In this document: piece after piece, positions 56,247 through 64,000 of the stretch
How the letters are laid out: every line of letters starts with the position of its first letter
How positions within the stretch are numbered: position 1 is the first letter of the stretch
DNA from: Candidatus Woesearchaeota archaeon
GTDB lineage: Archaea; Nanobdellota; Nanobdellia; Woesearchaeales; DSVV01
Assembly (NCBI GenBank): GCA_018661705.1
Contig: JABJHR010000001.1
Span: forward strand, 47,042 to 111,041
Direction of reading: 5' to 3'
Length of the DNA: 64,000 nucleotides
Program-made: the position numbers and the translations under genes
The notes under the pieces: generated by a model
Told to the model about the DNA's origin: nothing
The model's input: the letters and a program-made list of their open reading frames with translations, nothing else
The model's database searches: none

Positions 56247-58076
56247 ATGAAACTAATGAAATTATTATTAATTTGTTTACTAACAGTTAGCATGTTAATG
56301 ATGGCATGTACAATGCCTGTAAGTGAAGATGAATTACCTCCTGAACCACCAAAGCCAGGAATGGTTGGTAGCGAGGAACAACAAGATTTATCAGGTCAAG
56401 TGTGGAAAGCTGAATATGCAGAATATGGGTTTACAGAGCCAACAACATTTACACTAAGCCAAGATATTCTGGAGCCCGGAGATGAATTAACTGCAACTGT
56501 TAATGAAGATTTTATTTATAGTGTTGGTTATGCTACAGATAGTGATGATTGGACGGCATTTCAGTATGAAGGAGATGAAATGGTTGGAAAATGGATAAAA
56601 AAGCAAGCATGGATAGATTTCCTTACTGCTGCAGATTTTGTACAATCTTACAGTGAGTTTTATCTTCTTGCATATGCGTGTACAAGAGTAGGAAATGACT
56701 GGGATTGTCATGATTATAAATGGATGATGCATTCATTTGAGATAATGGGTTTGCCTGATGGTCCTATTGATCCTGTGCCAATGCCGGCATTTGAATGTGA
56801 TTTTGACAATGAATGTTTAGAAACTGAATCTTGTGTAAACAACCATTGTGTTGCAGCAATACCTATATTTGAATGTCAACATCATGTTGATTGTGCAGCA
56901 AATGAATTCTGTTTTGTAATGGAAGGTGAAAATGGTGGGGTTTGTGTAGAACCAGTAGATGAGCAAGAAATCCAACTTTGTCTTCTTGACTCAGAATGTG
57001 AAGATGGTTATGCCTGTTTTATGGGTGAATGCATTAAATTACCAGATGAACCAGTATTCCCTGGGCAAGAAGAGCAAGAAGATCCAATACCTGTAGATAA
57101 TGATGACGTATCTGAGGCATGGATGATGGAAAACTCACAATGTCCTCATCTTATACCAGGAGAAGCAGATATTCTGAAAGAAGGAGAAATTGTGTATACT
57201 GAGAAGTTTTCTTTTCTTTTAGATATTGGTCCTAATAATGATGGTGTGGCATTAGAAGTTTGCTCAGCTTTAGAAGGATGTGATGTATATGCTTTTGAGA
57301 TGTGCGAAGTTAAAGAAATTCCAGGATTTGGTACAGTGCAGCTTGCAAACATTCACGAAGAATCTGAAACAGCATTATTTATGGCAATGGAAGAAGAGAT
57401 GGATGAACCAGTTCCAATTCTAGATGAAGATACTTTTTGTGGAAATGGTATAGTGGAGGATGGTGAATTTTGTGATGGCTTAGATTTTGCAGGATTAGAT
57501 TGTACTTCAGATGAATTTTCACAATTTGAATTTACAAGTGGAACTTTGTCATGCTTAAATGATTGTAATTCAATATCAGTAATGGGATGTGTTGTTGATG
57601 AACCAGAAGATGAACCTGTTGAATGTCTTGCTCCTGGATCTGATGAAGCAACAACGTTTGTTCTTGATGAAAATGGAGTTTGTTATAAGTTTGTGCAAAC
57701 ATGTGTACATCCTGAATTGTTCACTATTTATGAAACTGAAATTAGTTACTGTGCACCTGATGATGATGATGGGCCAATATCTTCAGGCGGTAGTGGTGGT
57801 TCAGGCGATGGCGGTAGTGATTCTAATCAAGGTGGTGGTGAAGTGCTAGAATCTGTATGTGGCAATTACGTAATAGATGAAGGTGAAGAATGTGATGATG
57901 GTGAAACAAATGATGACGGCGGCCTCGCTGGTGGTTGTAGAGAAGATTGCACACTTATTGAATGCGGAGATGGAATCATAGACGCAAATGCTGGTGAAGA
58001 ATGTGATGATGGTGATGCAAATGATGACGGTGGTCTAGCTGGTGGTTGTAGAGAAGATTGCACACTTATTTGGTGA
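56247..58076 (+). CDS. acidic Cys-rich surface lipoprotein with Myxococcus-type CG.G....GE.CDDG repeats
   Basis: Lipobox-like MMAC; C...C...C....C modules; 111-bp tandem C-terminal repeat (cores 57882-57959 and 57993-58070); SD AGGTGA. Confidence 0.8.
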   Translation: MKLMKLLLICLLTVSMLMMACTMPVSEDELPPEPPKPGMVGSEEQQDLSGQVWKAEYAEYGFTEPTTFTLSQDILEPGDELTATVNEDFIYSVGYATDSDDWTAFQYEGDEMVGKWIKKQAWIDFLTAADFVQSYSEFYLLAYACTRVGNDWDCHDYKWMMHSFEIMGLPDGPIDPVPMPAFECDFDNECLETESCVNNHCVAAIPIFECQHHVDCAANEFCFVMEGENGGVCVEPVDEQEIQLCLLDSECEDGYACFMGECIKLPDEPVFPGQEEQEDPIPVDNDDVSEAWMMENSQCPHLIPGEADILKEGEIVYTEKFSFLLDIGPNNDGVALEVCSALEGCDVYAFEMCEVKEIPGFGTVQLANIHEESETALFMAMEEEMDEPVPILDEDTFCGNGIVEDGEFCDGLDFAGLDCTSDEFSQFEFTSGTLSCLNDCNSISVMGCVVDEPEDEPVECLAPGSDEATTFVLDENGVCYKFVQTCVHPELFTIYETEISYCAPDDDDGPISSGGSGGSGDGGSDSNQGGGEVLESVCGNYVIDEGEECDDGETNDDGGLAGGCREDCTLIECGDGIIDANAGEECDDGDANDDGGLAGGCREDCTLIW

Positions 58077-58352
58077 GAAAGAAAACAAAAGAAGCAGATA
58101 ATTTAATATGTTGTCAGGATGAAGACTGCAATTGTTAAATTTAATTTTTTATTTTTTTCTTACTTTTTCATTACTCTTTACTTATTTTACTTATTAATCA
58201 ACTATTTCACATCAATCATATAGAAAAATATATATAGGGATTAATTAATTAGATGTATATCCTATTTAAAAGAATAAAAATTGTGAGATTGTGTTGGAAA
58301 ATTAGCTATTAATGGCGACATTTTCAACACAACCTAAAACTGAGGTGTTAAG

Positions 58353-59486
58353 ATGAGGTTTAAGAAATTAATCATGCCATTGCTTTTTGTGGCGATTATT
58401 ACAATATTTGCTCCTATGATCTTTGCTCAATTAAATGTTTTAGATGAGCTTTTTTCAAATGTAATTGGTCCAAACTTTAGTGTTATGGATTTATTACAGA
58501 AATATGGGGCATTTATTGAATTTGTATTATATGCAATCTTGTTTATTGGGATTGCAGAAGCAAGTTTAGGAAGAGTTCAAACATTCCAGGGCAGAGGTGG
58601 AAAAGCTGTTATTTCTGTTGTTGGTATAATGTTAGCAGTTTCTTTAGCATGGTTTGGAGAAAAAAATAACTTTCATATTTACAACTTTGGACCCTTAGCG
58701 GGATTTTTATTAGTGGTCATTGTATTCATGGCCGTTTACGCTTTAATAAAAGGAATGGTTGGTGTTGATGGATTTGGTTGGCAACAAAAAGCATTTGCAA
58801 CAGCATTAGCAATTGTTTGTAGTTTATCATTTGTAATTGCATTATTTGGAGATTTATGGGGTTGGTTCCAGGAAAAAGGTGGTTTTTTATATGCTATAAT
58901 ACAATTAGTATATGCGATTTCAGTTATTTTTCTAATCTATTATGTAATTCGTTGGGCCATTAGAATGTTTAGTAATGGTGGTGCCGGAGCAAATGCTAAT
59001 GAAGGTGTTGCTGGTGTAGGAAGAAGAGCAGCAAGAGGCGCAGAAGTTGGTGGCCATGAAAGAGGAGAATTACAAAGAGCAAGACAAATTATTATTAATG
59101 TTGGTGGTCTTTCAAACACTCTTCAGAGATTATTACATACTCACGGTGGTGCGATTCATGATGTGGCAGAATTAACAAGAATTCAAGGTCTTTTAACTGA
59201 TATTAATGTTCAGCTTAATCAATTACATGCTATTGAAGATATTGTCAAGCATGATGAAGCTCAGTTTAATAGATTATTTCCAGATCCAGCATTAGTAGCA
59301 GGAATTGCTGAAGAGAATAACCTAGTTCATGGATTACAGTTAATTATTGAACAATTTGAACGTCATGTTACTGGTGGTGATGCTCGAGCAGCTAATGCAA
59401 GTTTACTCCATTTTCATGAAGTAATTACACATTTATTAGAAAGAAATGGGATTGATATTAGAAATATAAGAGTGCATGGGGCTTAA
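58353..59486 (+). CDS. multi-pass membrane protein with a helical cytoplasmic tail
   Basis: About 6 TMs; SD GAGGTG. Confidence 0.75.
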   Translation: MRFKKLIMPLLFVAIITIFAPMIFAQLNVLDELFSNVIGPNFSVMDLLQKYGAFIEFVLYAILFIGIAEASLGRVQTFQGRGGKAVISVVGIMLAVSLAWFGEKNNFHIYNFGPLAGFLLVVIVFMAVYALIKGMVGVDGFGWQQKAFATALAIVCSLSFVIALFGDLWGWFQEKGGFLYAIIQLVYAISVIFLIYYVIRWAIRMFSNGGAGANANEGVAGVGRRAARGAEVGGHERGELQRARQIIINVGGLSNTLQRLLHTHGGAIHDVAELTRIQGLLTDINVQLNQLHAIEDIVKHDEAQFNRLFPDPALVAGIAEENNLVHGLQLIIEQFERHVTGGDARAANASLLHFHEVITHLLERNGIDIRNIRVHGA

Positions 59487-59536
59487 TTTTTTCTTTTTAT
59501 TAATTATTTTTTATAAAGACTACAGAGGGGTTATCA

Positions 59537-61675
59537 ATGAAGAAAAAACTACGGACTATAGGAACAATTTTGTTTATTACAATTCTGATTTTGTTATTAA
59601 CTATTCCAATGTCTTTTGCAGTTAAAGAAGTAAAAGGGCACATGAAATTATTAGCAGTGTCAGAAGGTAAAAATGCAAAAGGAAGTTTAGCTGATCTATA
59701 TTTAGAGATAAGACCAGGTAAGGGTAATGTTTATATTGATACTTTTCCATTGACTAAAATGGATACTCAGCTTAGTACAAGATTTGCAAAAGAAATTGCA
59801 TGTAAATTTCTAGAAACAGATTGTAAAAAGTATGATTTCTTTTATACAATTAATGCTGGGAGTTCTATTATTGGTGGTCCTAGTGCGGGGGCGGCTTTAG
59901 CAATGCTAACTGTTGCTTTATTGGATCCAGAAGTTAAAGAATATGATGAAACTGTTTCTATCACCGGAACAATTAATACTGGTGGAATTATTGGAAGTGT
60001 TGGTGGGGTTAAAGAAAAAATAGATGCAGCTGCTCAAAACGGAATTACTAAAGTATTAGTTCCTTTAGGATCAAATATTAAACATCAAGAAGAAAATATT
60101 ACTTTAACAGATGAAGAAATAGAAAAAATTGTTGAAGAATCAAATGTTACAGTAATTAATGAAGACATAATTGTGGAAATTTTAAATAAAACACAAAGTA
60201 TTATGGGTAATGCATCTTCTTCGTCATCTATTAATCAGACAAACTCTACAAATCAATCAAATTCATCAGAGTTTAGTATTGAAAATTATGGAAAGGAAAA
60301 AAATATTCAAGTAATTGAGGTTGTTACATTAGAGCAAGCTTTGAAAGAGTTTACTGGGAAAGATTATGGTGAAAAAAAAGAGGATATATTAATTGATAAC
60401 TTTTATACAAACACTATGAAAAAGATTTCTGATGATATTTGTGGGAGAACTATTGAGTTAAAATCAAAATTAGACAAAGATGTTGCAAATTTGGATCAAA
60501 ACACTGGTAATTTTAATCATGAAGTTGGTGGTTATGAATCTGAATCTTTATTTAAAGATCTTGTTCATGAGTCACTCTACAATCAAACATTAGATTTAAT
60601 TAATAATTCTGAACAAGCAGTTGAAAAAATTGAATATTATGCAGCTGCATCTTATTGTTTTGGTGCAAATATTAATTTAGATTATTTAATTCTTTTGAGT
60701 GCAAACTTTACAAAGAATCATAAAATAAAGAAAATGAATGAAATTGTAGAAGCAATCAATAATTCAAATGATATTTTAGATGAAACAAATTTAACATCAA
60801 TAACTGATTTACAAACATATCTTATTGTAAAAGAAAGATTAATTGAGGCTTATGATACATGGGAAGCAACAAATGATGAATTAGTTAAGAATAATACTGA
60901 TATTGAATATGGTATTGCTTATACTACTGAAAGACTTTATAGTGCTTATGCTTGGAGTCATTTTTTTAATCAATCTTCTACTACTCATGTGCTTGATGAG
61001 AAATTATTAACGCAATCTTGTCAAATAATCTTGAGTGAAGCACAAGCAAGATTAGATTATTTTGGGATTATTTTTCCTTATCCTCTTGGATTGTTAGAAA
61101 AAACAAAAAAAGAACTTAATAGGGCTTATCAGCATCTTGATAATAATCAATCAAAGATGTGTATAATGCATGCTGTGATGGCAAAAGCGGAGATTGATGC
61201 TGTACTTTCTACTTCAAATATCATGAAAGATGAAGAACTTAAACATTTGTTAGATACTAAACTTGAATTAGCAAAACAAGTTATTCTTAAACAACAATCA
61301 AAAGGTTTATTCCCCATTTTAGGTTATAGTTATTATGAATATGCGACGTCACTTGGTCAAGAAGATACTATTTCAGGGCTAATTTATTCTCAATATGCTC
61401 TTGAATTTAGTAATCTAGATCTTTATATTCAAATTAAGGAAGAAAAAACTTATTTTGAAAAAGTTTGGGCAGTTACAAAGCAATATGTCTATTTTAATCA
61501 GGATTTGTTCTTTGGATTTTTAATTGGGTTAGGTAGTGGTGTTGGTTTAACTATTGTGATTTATTTCATATTTAGATCTGGTAGGGGTGAACCCAAACAA
61601 AATTCCAAGAAAGTATCTAAGAAATCTTCTAATTTAGTGAAGAAATCATCTAAAAAAGCACGTAAAAATAGATAA
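59537..61675 (+). CDS. archaeal secreted Lon-like S16 serine protease (no ATPase)
   Basis: IGGPSAG and ITGTI...G.IG.VGGVKEK Ser-Lys dyad; signal peptide and C-terminal TM. Confidence 0.9.
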   Translation: MKKKLRTIGTILFITILILLLTIPMSFAVKEVKGHMKLLAVSEGKNAKGSLADLYLEIRPGKGNVYIDTFPLTKMDTQLSTRFAKEIACKFLETDCKKYDFFYTINAGSSIIGGPSAGAALAMLTVALLDPEVKEYDETVSITGTINTGGIIGSVGGVKEKIDAAAQNGITKVLVPLGSNIKHQEENITLTDEEIEKIVEESNVTVINEDIIVEILNKTQSIMGNASSSSSINQTNSTNQSNSSEFSIENYGKEKNIQVIEVVTLEQALKEFTGKDYGEKKEDILIDNFYTNTMKKISDDICGRTIELKSKLDKDVANLDQNTGNFNHEVGGYESESLFKDLVHESLYNQTLDLINNSEQAVEKIEYYAAASYCFGANINLDYLILLSANFTKNHKIKKMNEIVEAINNSNDILDETNLTSITDLQTYLIVKERLIEAYDTWEATNDELVKNNTDIEYGIAYTTERLYSAYAWSHFFNQSSTTHVLDEKLLTQSCQIILSEAQARLDYFGIIFPYPLGLLEKTKKELNRAYQHLDNNQSKMCIMHAVMAKAEIDAVLSTSNIMKDEELKHLLDTKLELAKQVILKQQSKGLFPILGYSYYEYATSLGQEDTISGLIYSQYALEFSNLDLYIQIKEEKTYFEKVWAVTKQYVYFNQDLFFGFLIGLGSGVGLTIVIYFIFRSGRGEPKQNSKKVSKKSSNLVKKSSKKARKNR

Positions 61676-61781
61676 AATAACTGGTATTAATCATGTCTTT
61701 GTTCTAACGTAAATTGGGTTAATATTGGCTAAATTAAGTTAAATATAGTTCAAACTAGGTTAAAAATCAGTTAGAAAGTAT

Positions 61782-62030
61782 AAAAACCCTGGCAAACCTC
61801 CGAAGAAGTTTGCTAGGGAAAGAGGTGTTAAGAGACTATAAAACCCACACAAACACCCCGAAGGACGTTTGCGCGGGAAAAAGAGGTGATTATGAAATTC
61901 TAACGACTAAAGCGTTAATTTATTATAAAATAAGGCCTCTTTGCTTTTTTATGGGTAAAAGCAGGTTATTTATTCTGCATTTGCAGTTAAAATCCCTCAA
62001 AACCCCCCTTTTCAGGGTTTGTTGTTTCTA
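61782..62030 (-). ncRNA. candidate sRNA with two anti-SD + UUCG-hairpin modules (ends approximate)
   Basis: Orphan promoter at 62049-62066; minus-strand hairpins 61877-61844 and 61818-61787 with cUUCGg loops, G-U pairs and U-tails, each preceded by CACCUCUUU. Confidence 0.5.
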
Positions 62031-62048
62031 CTATTCAGTAGGTATACC

Positions 62049-62066
62049 TTATATATAAATGTTTCG
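62049..62066 (-). promoter_or_regulatory. BRE+TATA promoter with no long ORF downstream
   Basis: CGAAACATTTATATATAA on the minus strand. Confidence 0.65.
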
Positions 62067-62355
62067 TTTTTGTAAGCACTGGTGAGTAGTATTAGTGTTT
62101 GCAGAACAGGAAATAACCCCTTATCCACATGAAAGCACATGCTTTCATGGGATCCTAAAATTTAGTCAATCACAAATGCATACCAGATCTGCATGTGAAC
62201 CTTTATGACCAAATTTTATGATTTCCCGCACAAACATGAAATTAAAAAAGACAAGTTAAAGTGGCTTTTGGGGCTTAATAAAGCTTATGGAACCCTATAC
62301 TAGAAGTTAGTTTTTGCTGAAACTTTATAAATGGCCTTGCTTAATTCTTTGTAAT

Positions 62356-62970
62356 ATGACTAAACAACAGCAAGAATCAAAAGCTAACATTAAATCTATC
62401 AAATGTATTAAGTGCAATAATCAAATTAAGAATAAAGGTAAGAATGATTTTTGTAACACTTGTTTTCAAGATGTTGTATTTAAGAGAATTAGAAAGTTTG
62501 TTAGAGCAAATAAATACTTAGATAATACTCAAGAATTATTGGTAATTGATGCCTTAACACAGAAAATATTAAAAAATATTGTGAATAAACCAGTATTAAT
62601 TAATTATGATAACTCTAATTATGGTAAATTAGTAAAACAAGGTAAGAAATTAACAATTTCTAATAAAAAATTACTTGCGAAAGTAAAAAACAAGCAAAAA
62701 ATACTTTTACCCGTTTGTTTAGATGATTTAGAATTACTTTATTTAGAATATTTTTTTCAAGGTAAAAGTGAAAAATTTAAATTAATGTTAGATCAAAAGT
62801 TAATTCCCTTATATTTTGTATTAACAAAAGAAGAATGTCTAAGATTAGCAAAATTATATAAAACAAAATTTAATTTTAAGAGTACAACAACAAGTAAATT
62901 TCTTGATTCTTTGGAATCAGAATTTGAAGGAACAAAACATAAGTTAAGGAAATATATTTATAGTAAGTAG
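62356..62970 (+). CDS. hypothetical Zn-finger protein, possibly a degenerate TtuA/Ncs-like fold
   Basis: CIKC...FCNTCF....KRIRK; no PP-loop SGG.DS seen. Confidence 0.55.
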   Translation: MTKQQQESKANIKSIKCIKCNNQIKNKGKNDFCNTCFQDVVFKRIRKFVRANKYLDNTQELLVIDALTQKILKNIVNKPVLINYDNSNYGKLVKQGKKLTISNKKLLAKVKNKQKILLPVCLDDLELLYLEYFFQGKSEKFKLMLDQKLIPLYFVLTKEECLRLAKLYKTKFNFKSTTTSKFLDSLESEFEGTKHKLRKYIYSK

Positions 62971-63079
62971 TTTTAAGTTGGAAGTAAGAAGTAAAGGGTT
63001 CTGTGTTTTGAGTAGTGGGTTATGAGTTGGTTCCGAGTAAATCTGTTCTGGGATTTGGTTTTAAGGGAATTAGTTTTGA
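62962..63079. repeat. Family C partial (G/T-rich arm)
   Basis: AGTAAGTAGTTTTAAGTTGGAAGTAAGAAGT matches 24622; reverse complement of the right arm of 18020. Confidence 0.75.
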
Positions 63080-63171
63080 CATCTTTTGCTCACTTGCTAT
63101 TAGTGGAGAGGGTTTTATATTAGCCCTTTCAACCACAAACTTTATAAATTTACATCGGCAGAATATGAACA

Positions 63172-63699
63172 ATGTCTGTAAAACTTCCAGTACCACAACC
63201 TCAAAAGATAATGTTTAAAGGTATCTTTGATTTTGATGAATTATACAGGGCATTATATGATTGGCTTGTTTTTAGAGGATACACTTTTCATGAACGAAAA
63301 TATAAGGCTAAATCTAAAGATACTGGTAAAGAAAGAGAAATTTCATGGAAGGCATGGAGAAGAGTAACAGATTTCTACAAATATTGGTTTGATATTCATA
63401 TTCAAGCTTGGAATATAGAGCCAATTGAAGTCAACAAAGATGGAGAAAAGAAAATCCTAACAAAAGCTAGGTTGCTTATTGAAGTTAAAGGAACAATTGA
63501 ATTAGATTATGATGACAGATTTGAGACATCTAAATTTAAAAAAGCTTTAAGTGAATTTCTAATTAATTTCGTATTTAAGAGTTTAATAGATTCAGCATGG
63601 GCGGATAAACTTCAATTTATGCAGTATAAAGTACTAGATGTTGTAAAACATAATTTAGATATGCAGATTAAAGGTAATGACCATTTTGATGTATGGTGA
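63172..63699 (+). CDS. conserved hypothetical protein
   Basis: 175 aa; paralogue of the next gene (GIFDFDELY...W....GY...ER). Confidence 0.75.
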   Translation: MSVKLPVPQPQKIMFKGIFDFDELYRALYDWLVFRGYTFHERKYKAKSKDTGKEREISWKAWRRVTDFYKYWFDIHIQAWNIEPIEVNKDGEKKILTKARLLIEVKGTIELDYDDRFETSKFKKALSEFLINFVFKSLIDSAWADKLQFMQYKVLDVVKHNLDMQIKGNDHFDVW

Positions 63700-63762
63700 T
63701 GGTATTAAAAGGACAATTAATCAGAAAATAATATATATAAGTAAAAGATATGGGTTATTAAG

Positions 63763-64000
63763 ATGTCAGAAAGAAAAATTGTTGTTGATACGTTAAGATT
63801 AACTTATCAGGGTTTATTTCATTTGAATGAGTTATATAGAATTATTGATAAATGGCTAAGGGAAAAAGGTTATGATAAGTACGAAAGGAAAAACTTTGAA
63901 CATGTTTATAAAGATGGGAAGCAAGTTGAGATTGAATTAGAGCCGTGGAAAAAGTTTACTGATTATGCAAAATGTTCTATTAAAATGAATATGCTTTTTA
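63763..64000 (+). CDS. conserved hypothetical protein, partial (runs off the right edge)
   Basis: Translated by hand: MSERKIVVDTLRLTYQGLFHLNELYRIIDKWLREKGYDKYERK...WKKFTDY; paralogue of 63172. Confidence 0.75.
   Translation, partial: MSERKIVVDTLRLTYQGLFHLNELYRIIDKWLREKGYDKYERKNFEHVYKDGKQVEIELEPWKKFTDYAKCSIKMNMLF

Noticed and set aside
61787-61877. c-di-GMP-I riboswitch (GGCAAAC...GAA) or SRP RNA
   Set aside because: Lacks GCAAAG and the P2/P3 tetraloop-receptor layout, and lacks the SRP helix-8 motif; pairing favours the minus strand.
61810-62058. 82-aa + strand ORF
   Set aside because: TTG start inside a hairpin, no SD in front, no motif, and it overlaps the better-supported structured region.
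62121-62129. DnaA box TTATCCACA / replication origin
   Set aside because: Single 9-mer in an archaeal context, with no box cluster, ORB elements or cdc6/dnaA nearby.
1-64000. CRISPR array or cas operon
   Set aside because: No run of equal-length repeats with unique spacers; the repeats are dispersed or only duplicated, and no cas1/2/5/7 motifs were seen.

Overview
Very AT-rich archaeal chromosome segment. It is most consistent with a DPANN lineage such as Woesearchaeota; this is inferred from the NAC, Nre, archaeal Lon-like S16, class III signal-peptide protein, BRE/TATA promoters, GAGGTGA SD sites and a BHB tRNA intron. It holds about 60 mostly housekeeping or hypothetical CDS (tmk, rpe/rpiB, asnS, a bacterial-type aspS, DNA ligase, GT3 glycogen synthase, a MacB-type ABC system, an MNT-HEPN pair), the RNase P RNA gene, and a tRNA-Gly(TCC) with a D-loop intron. 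I saw no CRISPR array, cas gene, transposase or integrase. The most striking signals are mostly non-coding. (1) Seven dispersed copies of a three-way-junction element with clear covariation. (2) A second dispersed structured repeat that nests with the first. (3) Heptamer and nonamer fold-back spacers. (4) A 189-bp MITE-like element with an 8-bp target duplication, next to an RNase J-like/Cas4-AddB-like fusion gene. (5) A tandem pair of 134-nt structured elements whose few differences are compensatory. (6) An orphan promoter driving a probable sRNA with two anti-Shine-Dalgarno + UUCG-hairpin modules. All calls come from reading the sequence by eye; no database searches or folding programs were run.
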